In this document: piece by piece, positions 10,680-23,839 of the stretch | How positions within the stretch are numbered: the first letter of the stretch is position 1 | Layout: every line of letters starts with the position of its first letter | NCBI GenBank assembly: GCA_030390025.1 | Contig: CM059432.1 | Location: 54,190,001-54,254,000, forward strand | Reading direction: 5' to 3' | Length of the DNA: 64,000 bases | Origin: Squalus acanthias | Lineage: Eukaryota | Translations under genes and position numbers: made by a program | Notes under the pieces: model-generated | What the model was told of the DNA's origin: nothing | Database searches by the model: none | Seen by the model: only the letters and a program-made list of their open reading frames with translations

Positions 10680-11374
10680 GCTTGGCAGCAAAATGGATTC
10701 ACAGGTCTCTCCAGGCCGAGATTCAAGGCTGCAATGAGCAGGGTGTGGCTGGGGAGCAAGTTGGCCCCCCCCGCTTTAAGAAGTGGCCGGCGCCAGTGTG
10801 TCTGTGTTCCCTCGCTAACTGGCAGCAGCTGCGCTGCGCTCGCGCGCTGAGTTAGCGCCTCACTGCTCGGCCTTTGCGCCTTAAGACCGGTGTGCAGCGC
10901 CTGATTTAGCGCTCCACTCACCTCCCGGGGCGGTAAAAGTGAAGTTTCCAGTCAGTGCCGATAATTAGCGCCAGGCGCTAATATTTGCGTCCAGACGATA
11001 TTTGCGCCCCAAATGGGGCGCGACCTAATTTTTCCCCCTAAGTGTTTTAAAGCTATTAGTCTGAAAATATGCAGATTACTCCTGAAATTTATGTATTCTT
11101 TTTCATAATAATCCATTGATTGATCGTGAAAATATCAATGTGGCTGTCTGAGGTATTTCATTGAAACATTAACAATGCTAGCGGATGAATGTAATTGAAT
11201 TCTTTCATGAGGACATTTGCTTTTTTGACTGCATATATTTTGGACGTTGGAAGCTCAGTATATTTGAATACTTTCTTTCTAGTCCTCTAGGAGCTGGTTT
11301 TGAAGTTAATCCAGACTGGAAATGATGCATCCTCTCCTTGATAGCTACCAAAGGTCATAAAAAATTTAGGTTTT

Positions 11375-12232
11375 TTTTCATTCACGGGGTGTGGGCATCG
11401 CTGGCAAGGCCAGCATTTATTGCCCATCCCTAATTGCCCTTGAGAAGGTGGTGGTGAGTCGCCTTCTTGAACTGCTACAGTCCGTGTGGTGAAGGTACTC
11501 CCACAGTACTGTTAAGGAGGGAGTTCCAGGATTTTGACCCAGCAACGAGGAAGGAACAGCGATATATTTCCAAGTCAGGAATGAGTGTGACTTGGAGGGG
11601 AACTTGGAAGTGGTGATGATCCCATGCGCCTGCTGCCTTTGTCCTTCTAGGTGGTAGAGGTCACGGGTTTGGGAGGTGCTGTCGAAGTAGCCTTGGTGAG
11701 TTGCTGCAGTGCATCTTGTAGATGGTACACACTGCAACCACGGTGCGCAGGTGGTGGAGGGGTGCTGATCAAGCGGGCTGCTTTGTCCTGGATGGTGTCG
11801 AGCTTCTTGAATGTTGTTGGAGTTGTATTCATCCAGGCAAGTGGAGAGTATTCTATCACACTCTTGATTTGTGCCTTGTAGATGGTGGAAAGGCTTTGGG
11901 GAGTAAGGAGGTGAGTCACTCGATGCAGAATACCCAGCTTCTGACCTGCTCATATAGCCACAGTATTTATGTGGCTGGTTCAGTTAAGTTTCTGGTCAAT
12001 GGTGACCTCCAGGATGTTAATAGTGGGGGAGTCGGAAATGGTAATCCCATTGAATGTCAAGGGGAGGTGGCTGGAATCTCTTTTGTTGGAGATAGTCATT
12101 GCCTGGAACTTGTGTGACAAGAATGTTACTTGCTACTTATCATCCCAAGCCTGAATGATATCCAGGTCTTGCTGCATGCAGGTGCGGACCGCTTCATTAC
12201 CTGAGGAGTTTCGAATGGAACTGAACACTGGT
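11375..12232 (-). mobile_element. LINE 3' fragment, second family ('family B', CR1/L2-group)
   Basis: HLLTPQSLSTIYKAQIKSVIEYSPLAW; 3' end GGGCAATTAGGGATGGGCAATAAATGCTGGCC is shared with 56434-57891, 28757-29187 and 62405-62772. Confidence 0.88.
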
Positions 12233-12609
12233 AGTTCATGTAGTCAAAATCCATCTTCCCAGTGAACATCTGTACAAAATTGCTGTTCATAAAAAAGATG
12301 CAACAGGGCACAAACTGGAATTAATTTGCAATTAAACTCAAATAGCCAACAGAGAAATGCTCTGTCTTGCCGACAGGACGCAATCTCTACCAGAAGTGTG
12401 GCGGGACAGGACTCCTGCCTGCCCAGCACTAGGGTGCAATTATAACATTGAGGGTGAGCTCCAGATAGTATAAATGCCTTTAATTGGGAACTCGCCTGTT
12501 TGGGGGGTAGTCAATAGTGTACTGCTGTAGGATTTAAATGGATGCAGCAATGTAAAATGGCAGGCATGTTGAAAACTATTTGTTACTGTAAAATATCTGT
12601 TCGTTCTGC

Positions 12610-14200
12610 AGGAGAGCACAGACCACCAATGGTCTCCAAGAAGCAGTGGAAGCACTGCTTTCTCAAGTGAGACAGAGGAGGGATGCTCCCAAAGACATCT
12701 GCTCAGGCCCACTGAAAAAAGATGGCCAGGACAAAGACTGCCAACTCCACACATGCATGCATGCTAACTCTCAAAATGTTTAGTGACCTTACCAGATCAT
12801 TCAAGGTAGGAAGAGCCAACTACACCTTCCAAGAATTAAATGTACTAAGTGTGTCTGTTACTTACAGCCACTTCCTCCTTACTATGTTATAGTGCTTGAA
12901 GTGCTAGTCATCAATGTTCAAGTAGCACGAGGCTTTTTACATTTCCAGCTTAAGTGTTTCTTTATATACAGTCTTATATGCGTGCACTCCTTTAAAAGCC
13001 TCACATAATATGTAACTAATGGTTCATTAACTTGTCACTACTCCATTCTGTTCTGTATGCTGACATCTGGGTTTGACTGCATCTCATGGCAACCAGATGT
13101 TATTCTTATTTTTTACATTCCTTTTAAAGGGGAAAATCAAACCATAAAACCAGAACGAGATCGGTGACTGGTGGTGGACCCCATATGAGGAGGACATTTT
13201 GGAGCTCTTGAAGGTGAAGCTAGTAGATGGAGTCAGTGATGGTGAAGTAGGTTCATCATGACATTCGGTTTCTGTTCTTTGTCACCCCACTCTGCCCCAC
13301 ATTATCTGTCAACATAAACTCTCATGTCACTCTTTCTTCTGAAAGTTACATCTGAAGTCTGCTTCTCAGAAACCCATTCTAACCTCTCAACAGGTTGTCC
13401 TCCTCAAGATGTGCAAGATGAAGAAAAAGCAGAGGAGAAAGAAAATCAGGCTGGCCCCACTGCTTTTAACTTTTCCAGCAGTTCATTATTCTGTGTATGC
13501 CCCTGCGGCTCACTCTCTAATGCCCCTGGGTTATTGGCTCAGGACTGGTGCTTGGGAGGAAGCAAGTGATTGACTGCATTAGAGTGATGCATTAGAGAAT
13601 GAGCCACAGAATAGTGCACAGGATAATGCACAGAGCATGATTGGCAAAAGGAACTGAGGTAGAACATGAGGAAGGTATTGCTGACCCAAGGGTCAGAAGA
13701 CATCATCCCTCAGCTGAAGAGCCTGTGAACCTAGATATCATGTTTTGCTTTTAAAATAAGAAAGCTTGCAGATCATGAAATATATGTGCAGGCAGTAAAG
13801 ATGTGCAGCAGATGGTGGGTCAGTTGGGGAAGTCCAGTATCTGCATCAGTGGCACCCTGATGCAAGGTTTCTCTGGATTGCAGTCCACTCTGGCGTATGT
13901 GGCAGCTGAAGTGAAAGGCGCCATGACAGAGGCAATAAAGACAGTTTGACTCGAGGTTGGAGAGGATAGTCTCTTCCGGTCTCCAAGTGACTGGAGCTGG
14001 GATATAGAAAAGTATCTCTCAAGACTCGTTGATCTCATTGGTGACATTAGACCTGCTTTCTGACAGATCAGCAGCCATGCAGCACCAGTGCCAGTACCAA
14101 TGACATGGCAGGAATGTGCTCAAGCTGACATGAAACAAGACCTATTTCAGTTTTAAAAGGCTTACATTCAGAGACAGCAGCCGGTCACCTCACATTCCTG
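12610..14200 (+). pseudogene. Decayed Harbinger Myb-like gene remnant
   Basis: Plus-strand translation gives QEAVEALLSQVRQRRD (~12637) and KMFSDLTRSFK|GTAGG (~12774-12810), paralleling ALDALVGAVERRR and KKFNDLTRVVR|GT. A TGGGP...EEDILELL-like segment occurs at ~13165-13210. Confidence 0.55.
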
Positions 14201-14784
14201 CATTTTTGGTAACACCTAGCAAGAACATGAGATTTAACAGCTGAAACCTTATGCATTCGCACCAAGGGGAAGTGCAGTGGTAAGAAGTAGGCACTCATAC
14301 AGTATGAGATGTAAGTAAAATTATGGTCGCACTAATGTTGGTTACATGCAGACATTGTTTTTGACAAAGTTTAGAAGTGGCTTGGATTAGGTCGGATAAA
14401 TCGAAAGTTTGCGAGTTGCCGTGCACGTTGGGTCTGTAAATGATGCCACATCTGTGGTGAGAAGGTGGAAGATATAGACGGGACTGTTCATGCAGTGGCT
14501 AGATGTGGTAGTCAAGAGAGGGTCTTCCATATCAGATCAGATCAGCACAAATGTGCTTTGCAGCTGGCAACAGGTTGTCAGAAAATTGATTCCAATTATA
14601 ATGAAGTTGTGTTCACAACATAATTTTGACTTTAAAAACATATTAATGTCAACAAGGATAAAAGTATTATACCATGAAATGCTCAATCTATTACTACCAA
14701 AATGCAGCTTTGTGTAACCTGGTGCAGCCCTTTAAGACCACAAGGTCTAATTGCTGTGCTTTCCTGAGGTCATTTGGAGGCTAA

Positions 14785-15394
14785 GGGCTGGATTTTGATA
14801 CTGGGGCGGGTTGGGGTCGTGTCATCCACTTTTCGTGTTATCCACCCGACTGCAATTGGATGTGGGAGATTGATGCGATTTTCACCTAATTGGGCAATTG
14901 AGTTCCAGCATGTGGGAACCCATGAACCAATTAGTGTTTTCAGTCTGAAAGTCGCCTCTGATGATGTCATCATTGCTGCTGCATTGAAGGTCTGCAAAGA
15001 CTGTCTGGCCTTTGCTGTGAGAGGACCTGGATGCAAAATGAGCAGCAGCCCTAAGTCTGCTCCCAGATATTTTTGCACCACCACTCCCAGATATGTCTCT
15101 TCCACCACTCCCCGCCAGGTTTCACATTTGTGGTTCAGAACAGGCGTGCTTCACGTAGAAAAAGGGTTAAAATCACAAAGGCCTTTCAAAATGGCATTAT
15201 AGAGGCAATTTAGTGCTTGTTAAGGGCCTTAACAGCCTATCCCGCCTCTTAGAGGCGGGACGGAGTCGGGACCAGCAGACACGATTTAATGAAAATTGCA
15301 TGGAGGCGGGCTTGTGCCCGCCCGCCAGTTTTCGCAATTTTAACCCCCCACACGCCTCCAAACCCACCTCCACAGGTCAATGAAAATCCAGCCC
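14785..15394. mobile_element. Harbinger-type MITE
   Basis: Perfect 12-bp TIR GGGCTGGATTTT / AAAATCCAGCCC, with flanks TAA and TCA. It is an inverted homologue of 17674-18420. Confidence 0.85.
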
Positions 15395-17061
15395 TCATAA
15401 ATGTTCTTAGGTAGATCTGATGTCAATTAGAAGTCAGAAGGAACAGCAGGAAATGTTTGACTTTCTTATTTTTTTTACTGTGTGGCATCTCATCTCTTCT
15501 TTTAAATTTGATCTCAGAATGTGGTCTTGCTGAAAAGGCTGCAACTATTACCCATTCCTAATTATCTTGCAAGGTTGATGGTGGGCCATCTTCAAACACT
15601 GCAGTCCTTGTGGTACACTATGATGGTGCTATTTTCTGTTGCTGAGTGACTTTGCTTGTAGATTGGAAATGATTGGCTTCCATTTGCTCTTTTTAAAAAA
15701 AATGTAAGTGTGATACAGAAAATTGATGTTTAATAGTGTGGCACTTGAAGTGTGATGGATACCTCTCAAATTTTTTATATTAATCGATAGAAATAGCATG
15801 AATGATTACATTGTGAAAGTGAGATTGAACTAATTTTACCAGATTACACATATCATTCTCTCTTTGAGGAATCCTTATTGGAGATACCCTCTGTAGTATC
15901 ACCCTAAGAATGAAGCAACTTCTCAATCATAATTACACAGGATGCTGCCTAAAACACCTCTTTCAATAGGTTTCAACTGACTCTATGCAGATCTGAATGG
16001 TGACAGCACAGCATGGTAAATCAGTAGAGTGACAATGGTTGCCTTTGCACAACAGATACTAATCTGAGGCAGGTCTCTGTATAATGCACATTTTATCTGG
16101 CAGTCCTGAGTTATACTCCAGCTTACACCTTACTGTACATCACACTGTGTCAAGGCAGCATAAAGCTTAGCATATTTTTTTACAACTTTGCACTTCTTAA
16201 ACTGAGCTTCACACTGGGCTGGAGTTACACTAAAACTGGTTCAAAGTCCTAGTGATATAAGACAATTTACTGGAGGTGCTCTAACAACTTTTGCTTTAGC
16301 GCAGTTGGGGGTCAGATAGCAATGTACTGATATTCACATCAATGTGCACCAGCAATCGCTTTGTATTGGTGTGAAAATGGTGCTATAATGGCATCCAGAG
16401 TCTCACCAGTGAATGCATCACATAACTAGAAAGATGGCATGCAGCTACTCGCCTCTGCCGTATGAGGTTATGTTCTCTTGTATGCACAAAGGAATAACAC
16501 AGCACGTTCCTTCTATATTGATTGAAAGACCAATACACTTGTGGCTTTACCCAAACATATTTATCCAAACATGGCATTTCTTTCTGGTATTAAAAATTCA
16601 GGTTTCTGATTAATTAAAAACCAGATGTCCGTATGGTAATGGTAGTACGTTTGTTTCCTAATTACTTAAACAATCAGTGTAGTAGAATGGAATTATAGAA
16701 AACTGTTTTATTCTTTATGCAATTGTTTTAGAGGGACTTAATTAGAATTATAACTTTACATATATTTGCATACATTTTTAAACAATCCTTAATTTATTCT
16801 TTAGAGAATTGGAGTTCAAAAAAAGCAATTGCTTGGCTGACTATTCGTGACTCAGCACATTACATACACCTCTGTACAATCAACAAATGTAGCTAACAAC
16901 TGGGAATGGGTCAGTGACAGATTGAAAGACAGTTGGCAGTTCTATAAAGTTGTTGTGCCATGCATTATTGGCAGACATTCTCATACTTAGAAGACAGAAG
17001 CTTCTATGAACAAAGAAATGTATTAGCAACTGCTTATAGTGGCTGTACATTGTATATATAA

Positions 17062-17510
17062 GGGCAACACGGTGGCATAGTGGTTAGCACTGGTGCCTCA
17101 CAGCGCCAGAGACCCGGGTTCGAATCTGGCTTCGGGTGACTGTCTGTGTGGAGTTTGCACATTCTCCCCGTGTCTGCGTGGGTTTCCTCCGGGTGCTCCG
17201 GTTTCCTCCCACAGTCCAAAAATGTGCGGGTTAGGTTGATTTGGCTATGATAAATTGACCCTTAGTGTTAGGGGGGGATTAAATATGTGGGGTTACAGGG
17301 ATAGGATGGGATATGTTAGGGGGAATTAAATACGGGGATAGGGTGGGATATGTGTCGGTGCAGGCTCGATGGGGATTCTGTGTGAGAAAGCAGGGACAGG
17401 GTACTGGATTTGGATGATCAGCCATGATCGTATTGAATGGTGGAGCAGGCTCGACGGGCCGAATGGCCTACTCCTGCTCCTAGTTTCTATGTTTCTATGT
17501 TTCTATGTTT
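17062..17510 (+). mobile_element. tRNA-derived V-SINE (HE1-like)
   Basis: A box TGGCATAGTGG, B box GGTTCGAATC, V-domain GTGTGGAGTTTGCACATTCTCCCCGTGTCTGCGTGGGTTTCCTCCGGGTGCTCCGGTTTCCTCCCAC, CR1/HER1-derived 3' end and (GTTTCTAT)n tail. Confidence 0.92.
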
Positions 17511-17673
17511 AATCCAATGGGATCTATCAAACACATCATGCTAGTGGAAATGATAAAGGAACTTGAAACGTATGGAAGATTCAAGGCCAAAATACTGGTG
17601 TAACTTATGTCAATAGCACCAATGTGGCTTTAATATTTACAAAGCAAAAATAGCAGTGAAGAGAATACACAGG

Positions 17674-18420
17674 GGGCTCGATTTTGCCAGGCCCGAGGAG
17701 GTGGGAATGGAGGCGTGTGGGATGTTAAAATTGCAAAAAATGGCGGGCGGGCCCGACCCCACCTCCAAGCAATTTTCCCAAATGTGTGGTTACTGATCCC
17801 GTCACCGTCCCGCCTCCAAGAGGCGGGATTGGCCCTTAAGGCCCTTAACAACCACTTAATTGCCTCTATAATCCCATTTTGAGAGGCCTTTCTGATTTTA
17901 AGACTTTTCCGACGTGATGCACGCCTCCTCTGAAACACGACGGTGAAACCTGGTGGTAGCACACTTGGATTGCTGACTATCAGCTGCAGGTCCACCATTA
18001 AGAAGGAGATTTGATCAATCATCATTCTGGGGGAACTTTTGCAGTCATAACCATTGTTGTGGAACTTTGGAGCCTGGACTAGTAGTAGTAGTAGTGGTGG
18101 TGGTGGTAGTGGTGGTGGTGAAAAATTCTGGGAGCAGACTTAGGTCTCCTGCTGCTCATTTTGCCTCCAGGTCCCTCTCATAGCAAAGGCCAAAAGCTTC
18201 CCAGTCTTTGCAGACCTTAAATGCAGCAGCAATGATGACATCATCAGAGGCGACTTTCAGACTGAAAACACTAATTGGGTCATGGGTTCCCACATGCTGG
18301 AACTCAATTGCCCAATTAGGGGAAAATCGAATAATTCTCCCACATCCAATTGGAGTCGGGTGGCTAACACGAAAAGTGGATGACACGACCCCAGCCCGCC
18401 CCAATGACAAAATCGAGCCC
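17674..18420. mobile_element. Harbinger-type MITE, same family as 14785-15394 in opposite orientation
   Basis: Perfect TIR GGGCTCGATTTTG / CAAAATCGAGCCC; AGG duplicated on both sides; about 270 bp near-identical to the reverse complement of 14785-15060. Confidence 0.88.
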
Positions 18421-18514
18421 AGGGAGTATGCATGGATACAAATAATGGTGCAATATACAGGCAACATAGCTTTGACATTGAATTAGATGTAGCTCAGTCA
18501 ATAACCCACACTAA

Positions 18515-19998
18515 GGGCTGAATTTTGCCGGTGCTCAGAGCGTGGGTTCAGAGGCGGTTCCGCTGTCAAAATCCAAATGATATCCCGCTCTAAACCCGCC
18601 TCCTTGTGAGTTTCCCTAGTGGCGGTTCTGCCTGCCATTCCATCAGCATCGGCGCCTTTGAAAAAATCTCACCTTGGTCCTCAGAATCCCAACACGATCA
18701 GCCCCAACACCAGCACCACCTACATCCACAACAACCTTCTCCGCAATCAACTGATGCTGCACTGGACACAGGGCATCATCACCCGTGCACATTGTTGCCC
18801 GAGATGCCAGCGATGGCCTCACCATATCCAGATTTGCTCCACATGATGCACCAGGTTGGCACCACCCCACACCAGCACCATAAATCATCCCTACAATGTC
18901 CAAGCCATTCCTTTCACACTCATCACCATTGCGGGGTGGTGGGACGTTATGTCTCACCATTCACCGGAACTCACTAAGGTGCACACAAATCTGTCCAAGA
19001 ACACAAAGTGGTGAAAATGAGGATTTCAATGCTTGACAGCACATTAACAGAAATTTTACATGAACATTGGTGAAAACACCCAAGTGCCTACCCTTGTGTG
19101 TTGTTAGTTGGTATGATTGGATGAGGATGAGGGTGAATGTGAGGGGTGGCTAGTGAGATGGGGAAGTGATAATGTAGATAGAGAGGGATGTGTGGAGGTG
19201 CAAGGTAAATTGGTGTGAGTAAGGATGTGCAGGAGTAGGGTACGGAAGGCAGAGTGATGGGGATGTGATGGGTGGCACAGCAGGATGAGGTTGAGTGTGG
19301 CTTTGCAGTAAATTTTTGTGATCTACTGAGAGAGAGATCACTCCAAATACTTCAAAAGTGCATAAAGCTCAAAAGTGGGTTCTGACGTAAGAAAACTACT
19401 AGGCACTTGGTCTAAGCATTAAACAAGGCTTTAATCAACTGTTTTACAACATGGAGATCTAGTTGTCCTTCACTAGTTCCTGTTAAAGAATGTCCTGAGC
19501 AAGCTGGGCCCATGCCCGAGTATTTATACTCTCCCAGGACACCGCCACCAGCAGGCCGCCCAGTATTATGTCATAAGTTATTTCCCATGAATGACAAGAT
19601 TCATGTCAGGTTCTAAATACTGAAGGCTGAAGCTTCTGAGATTGGAAAGTGACCAGTTGTAAAATTATAGCTTTTATACCACTTTTGTAGCTGCCACCTA
19701 ATGAAAGAAATGGAGAGTTGTTCAAAACCCGACATACTTACCTGGCATGATCCCCGAGCAATGGGAACCTCGTGGAAAACTTTGTACCTGGTAAAATGGT
19801 GATTAAATTGCTTTAAACACCCTCTTAAATAGCACGATTGCATGAACCGCCGCTTAGTGCTGGGTCTGCAAAGCGCAGGCTGAACCAGCATTAGGGAAAC
19901 TCACGAGGAGGCAGGTTTAAAGCGGGATACCGCCCCACTGTCAATCTTTTGGATTTTGACAGTGGACCCGCCCTCTGAGCGCCGGCAAAATTCAGCCC
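18515..19998. mobile_element. Non-autonomous Harbinger-derived element with ~105-bp imperfect TIRs
   Basis: GGGCTGAATTTTGCCGG...AAACCCGCCTCCTTGTGAGTTTCCCTA is mirrored at 19892-19998. An internal transposase-C-terminus-like remnant (RDASDGLTISRFA) lies at ~18801-18840. TAA on the left, AAA on the right. Confidence 0.7.
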
Positions 19999-21370
19999 AA
20001 AGTACTTGTTTAATTTCCCTGCCATTTCCTTATTCCCCATTATAATTTTTCCTGTCTCAGCCTGTAAGGCACCCATGTTTACTTTTGTTAATCTTTTCCT
20101 TCTTACATACCTATTGTAAGAATAAAAATGTATGTTTTGTCAAAATTATGATGTGTGATGGACTCGAGACTATTAATATAAGATGTATGTAATAAAGATG
20201 AATTTAATGTGTATGTAGCTCCCCTGGGTGGGCGGAGCTCAAGGCAACGGCGTGAAATTTAACAAAAGAAACCTGCATAACAAGGTAACCCCCACAGCGA
20301 CAGCATGACTTTCAGGGTAACCAAACCCATCGAAAACCCATCGAAACTCACCATCGAAACTCAGAGCCATTAAAAGGTGTTAACAAAACAATTAACTTAA
20401 TCAAGAAATGGCACCAGCCTCTGCAGACAGATACATGAGTAAGGAGAGCCAATTAAGAACTGCCATTAAACTAAGACCCAATCCTGGGGTTTTAGCAATC
20501 TATACTAGATGGACTTAAAAGATATAAAAGCAGGAACCCAAAAGCTCTCTCTCTCTCTCTCTTGATGAGCACACGGCAAAGCAGGAAACCCCCCTCTACA
20601 GACCAGACTAAGAAGAAAGCAAGAAGACCACGTGCATTGCCTGCCTCAGAGGGAAGTATAAGTCTGTTTAAATCTGTAACCCATTACCTTACCTGTTGTA
20701 ATCAAGTAGAGTCCATAGGATACCAGTAGACTGATTGTTTTGTCCAATAGGCTATGTGCATGTGTGTGTGTTTAATAAACTTATTCCAAATTGTTTCAAA
20801 ATAATTGGTCTTGCTGTCAATTTAATGCCAGTCAAAATAAAAAGCTTACACTATAGAAACTTTTACTGTCTGTTTTTATGTCTCTCGCTAGTTTACTCTC
20901 ATATTCTATTTTTCCTTTCTTTATCAATTTCTTGGTCCTTCTTTGCTGAATTCTAAAATCCTCCCAATCCTCAGGCTTACTACCTTTTTTGGCAACATTA
21001 TAAACCTCTTCCTTTAATCTAATACTATCTTTAATTTCTCTTGTTAGCCATGGTTGGACCATTCATCCCGTGGTGTTTTTATTTCTTAAGGGAATGTATA
21101 TTCACTGCAAATTATGAATTATTTCTTTAAATGTTTGCCATTGCTTTTCCACTGTCATATCTTTTAATCTAGTTTCCCAACCTACCTTAGCCAACTCGCC
21201 TCTCATACCTATGTAGTTTGCTTTGTTCAGGTTTAGGACCCTAGTTTTGGACTTAACTAAATCACTCTCAAACTCAACATAAAATTCTATCATATTATGA
21301 TCACTACTCCCCAGAGGCTCCTTTACTGCAAGGTTATTAATTAACCCTGTCTCATTACACAGTACTAGAC
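19999..21370 (-). mobile_element. CR1 ORF2 fragment interrupted by a solo LTR
   Basis: Minus ORFs LGSSDHNMIEF, QPWLTREIKDSI and MGNKEMAGKLNKYF are collinear with 3425-4471. Confidence 0.88.
20115..20850 (+). mobile_element. Solo LTR, 736 bp (ERV or Gypsy type)
   Basis: Begins TGTAAG and ends CTTACA; 4-bp TSD CTAT (20111-20114, 20851-20854); TATA-like GATATAAAAG at 20521; AATAAA at ~20774. Confidence 0.88.
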
Positions 21371-21633
21371 AGGGTATGGGAGTGAAAATCGGCCCTAACA
21401 TACAGATACACACAGACAGTGCATTGTTAGTTGCATTTTTTACTCACTGTCAGAAATGCACAGCTTTAATACACAATTTTCTGAAAGCATGGGTGCATTA
21501 GGATGCACTAAAAGTAATTCACAACTAAGTGGCCAATCAGAAAACAATGGTAATAGCTAATTAAATAGCTTAAGCACCATATACAGTGTATTGTGGGTAT
21601 ATCAGCTGTGGAATGTGTAACTTCTGAGCGAAA

Positions 21634-22345
21634 TGGAGGAGCAGTGCAGACAGAAGAAACCACGATTGACAGGTGAAGATCTGCAAATCATAGTCAGATC
21701 TGTGAGAGCAAGGGAAACTGATGATACCAGAACTGAGAGGTTATGCCTATCAGAAAAGACTGAACAGGCTGGGGCTCTTTACTCTAGAGAAGAGAATGCT
21801 GAGGGGTGACCTAATAGAGGTCTTTAAAATTATGAAAGGGTTTGATAGGGTAGACATAGAGAAGATGTTTCCACTTGTGGTGGAATACAAAAATATGGGT
21901 TATAAATATAAGATAGTTACTAATAAATTCAATAAGTAATTCAGGAGAAACTTCTTTATCCACAGATCGGTTAGAATGTGGAACTTGCTATCACATGGAG
22001 TAGTTGAGGCGAATAGCATAGAAGCCTTTAAGGGGAAGCTAGATAAGTCCATGAAGGAGAAAGGAACAGAAGGATATGCTGATAGGGTTAGATGAAGTAG
22101 CATGGGAGGAGGCTCGTATGGAGCATAAACACTGGCATAGACCAGTTGGACCGAACAGTCTGTTTCTGTGCTGGAAACTCTATGTACTGCCATGATGTAT
22201 ATAGTTAAGTAAGGCATTCCACCATTAACCAGAAAGCCAAGAAGTTTTTGGAGGCCATTGCCCTGATTAACACTGGTGACCATATACAAAGCAACTGGAA
22301 AATTACCAAAAAAAGATGTCTGACTTGATGAAAAGTATTAAAATA
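21634..22345 (+). pseudogene. Decayed Harbinger Myb-like exon 1, split by a CR1 fragment
   Basis: MEEQCRQKKPRLTGEDLQIIV at 21634 resembles MERVRERAHRFTERALDALV. A continuation with Myb-like W..IA / W...KK..DL traces lies at ~22230-22345. Confidence 0.4.
21716..22185 (+). mobile_element. CR1 3' fragment
   Basis: ORF 21721-21939 has LGLFTLEKRMLRGDLIEVFKIMKGFD; same subfamily as 923-1670. Confidence 0.9.
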
Positions 22346-23839
22346 AGAATTAAAGATGACTGATGGCACACACACATATATAAATGTACATATTTGTAAT
22401 ACAAGGGGAAGAGAAATAATAAAGATGATTGAGAACCAGTAAAGCAATCCAAAAGACTGGAAAGATGCCACTGAAAAATTATTCATGTGTGGAAGCACTC
22501 AGTCAGCTCTCAAATGCTGTTAACTTCTCAAACATTCTGCAGACAAGGTTCTTTCCAATAAACTGTACATATGGCCATAAAACTGTGCTGTAAATTAAAT
22601 TGCACAGCACAAAATATGTACTCATTTAATGCATATTTCCTTCTTTTCACAGAAAAAAGGCAGCATACAACAGAAAACACCAACAAAGATATACTCAGCA
22701 GGTCAAATCCCTTACATTCTTCGAAGATGTAATAATGATTGGGGGGGGGTGGGGGGTGGCAGTACATGGTATGGATAACACGTAAACAAGAGAAGAATAG
22801 ACTTCTAGGTTGCAGAATTTAAATTATATAACTTATGTATGCAATTGTCTTTCAGCAGGTGTGAAGCGATAAATATGGCATGCTGCAAAAATGTGTCATG
22901 TAATATCTGCACACCAACAACATGGCAAAGTGTGCGCATATACTTACCAGGGTCGGTTTTCCGAGCCCTCATGAGCAGCAATTTTCTGATGTGACTACCT
23001 CACGCATATAAGGACTCAGAGAATCTCTGTAATCATGTGGACTTCTCTTCTCTGTAAAGATATATCAGAACTACAAGAGCAGCAAGGCAGGCCATCTCAC
23101 CAGCAATCCTCAACACAGTATTCAGCGTCATCAGTACTGAAACCAAGCCCAGAGAGAAACACTTCAGAGGTTTTGCTGATTTAAAGGAAGAAGCAGAGTG
23201 AGTCACTTCACACTGGGAGAGAAAGGGCAAAGGTGGGGACTGAAAAAGGGCTGGTGGCAGCTGAGCAGAAGCCTAGCATTGCCACGATCCCTGTTGATTC
23301 ACTTTGTGATTCAGAGCTCATGGGGTTAGCTATGAAAGGAAGTATATTACAGAAGCACAAACAGGTGCATCAATCACCTGCCTCCTTGCAGAGCAGTTGG
23401 GTGATGCAGTGCAAAAAATGGATACTCTCTACAGACTGCTGTTGAGCAGCATATATACCAGCATCGATGACATCTGTAAGGGAGACGCCAGGCACACAAG
23501 CAGTGAGCACAATTGGAGTTATTTTCATGAATACTCCCACTGATGTTGTCAACACATTGAGGTCAACAATCTAAGATGCAATTATATCAGTACTGGTGTA
23601 ATTTTGGCCCGTACATTCCAATCCAGCAGGAATCTCACTGGATCCTGTGTGTATATGTATGAGATTCGCTCACTGGAACATTTCTCACTGCTAGTCTGGA
23701 GTCCTGTGCATGTATTGTGGTGGAATGCAAGCTGCACAGTAGATCCTGGGAATTGTACCCCACTTCTTTGACACAATTCCTGGGGTGCAGTTGGTTTACT
23801 TTTTCAAATATTAAGTTGATCTTCCATCGCATTGCTCAA

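Larger units (their letters stand above)
6820..11038 (+). mobile_element. Full-length, putatively autonomous PIF/Harbinger DNA transposon (4.2 kb)
   Basis: TAA TSD at 6817-6819 and 11039-11041. TIRs GGGGTAAAAATT / AATTTTTCCCCC (11/12 match). Convergent transposase and Myb-like genes. CpG-rich with many GCGC/TTAGCGCC subterminal palindromes. Confidence 0.95.

Noticed and set aside
17062..17135. tRNA gene
   Set aside because: It is the head of a V-SINE and continues into the V-domain and LINE-derived tail.
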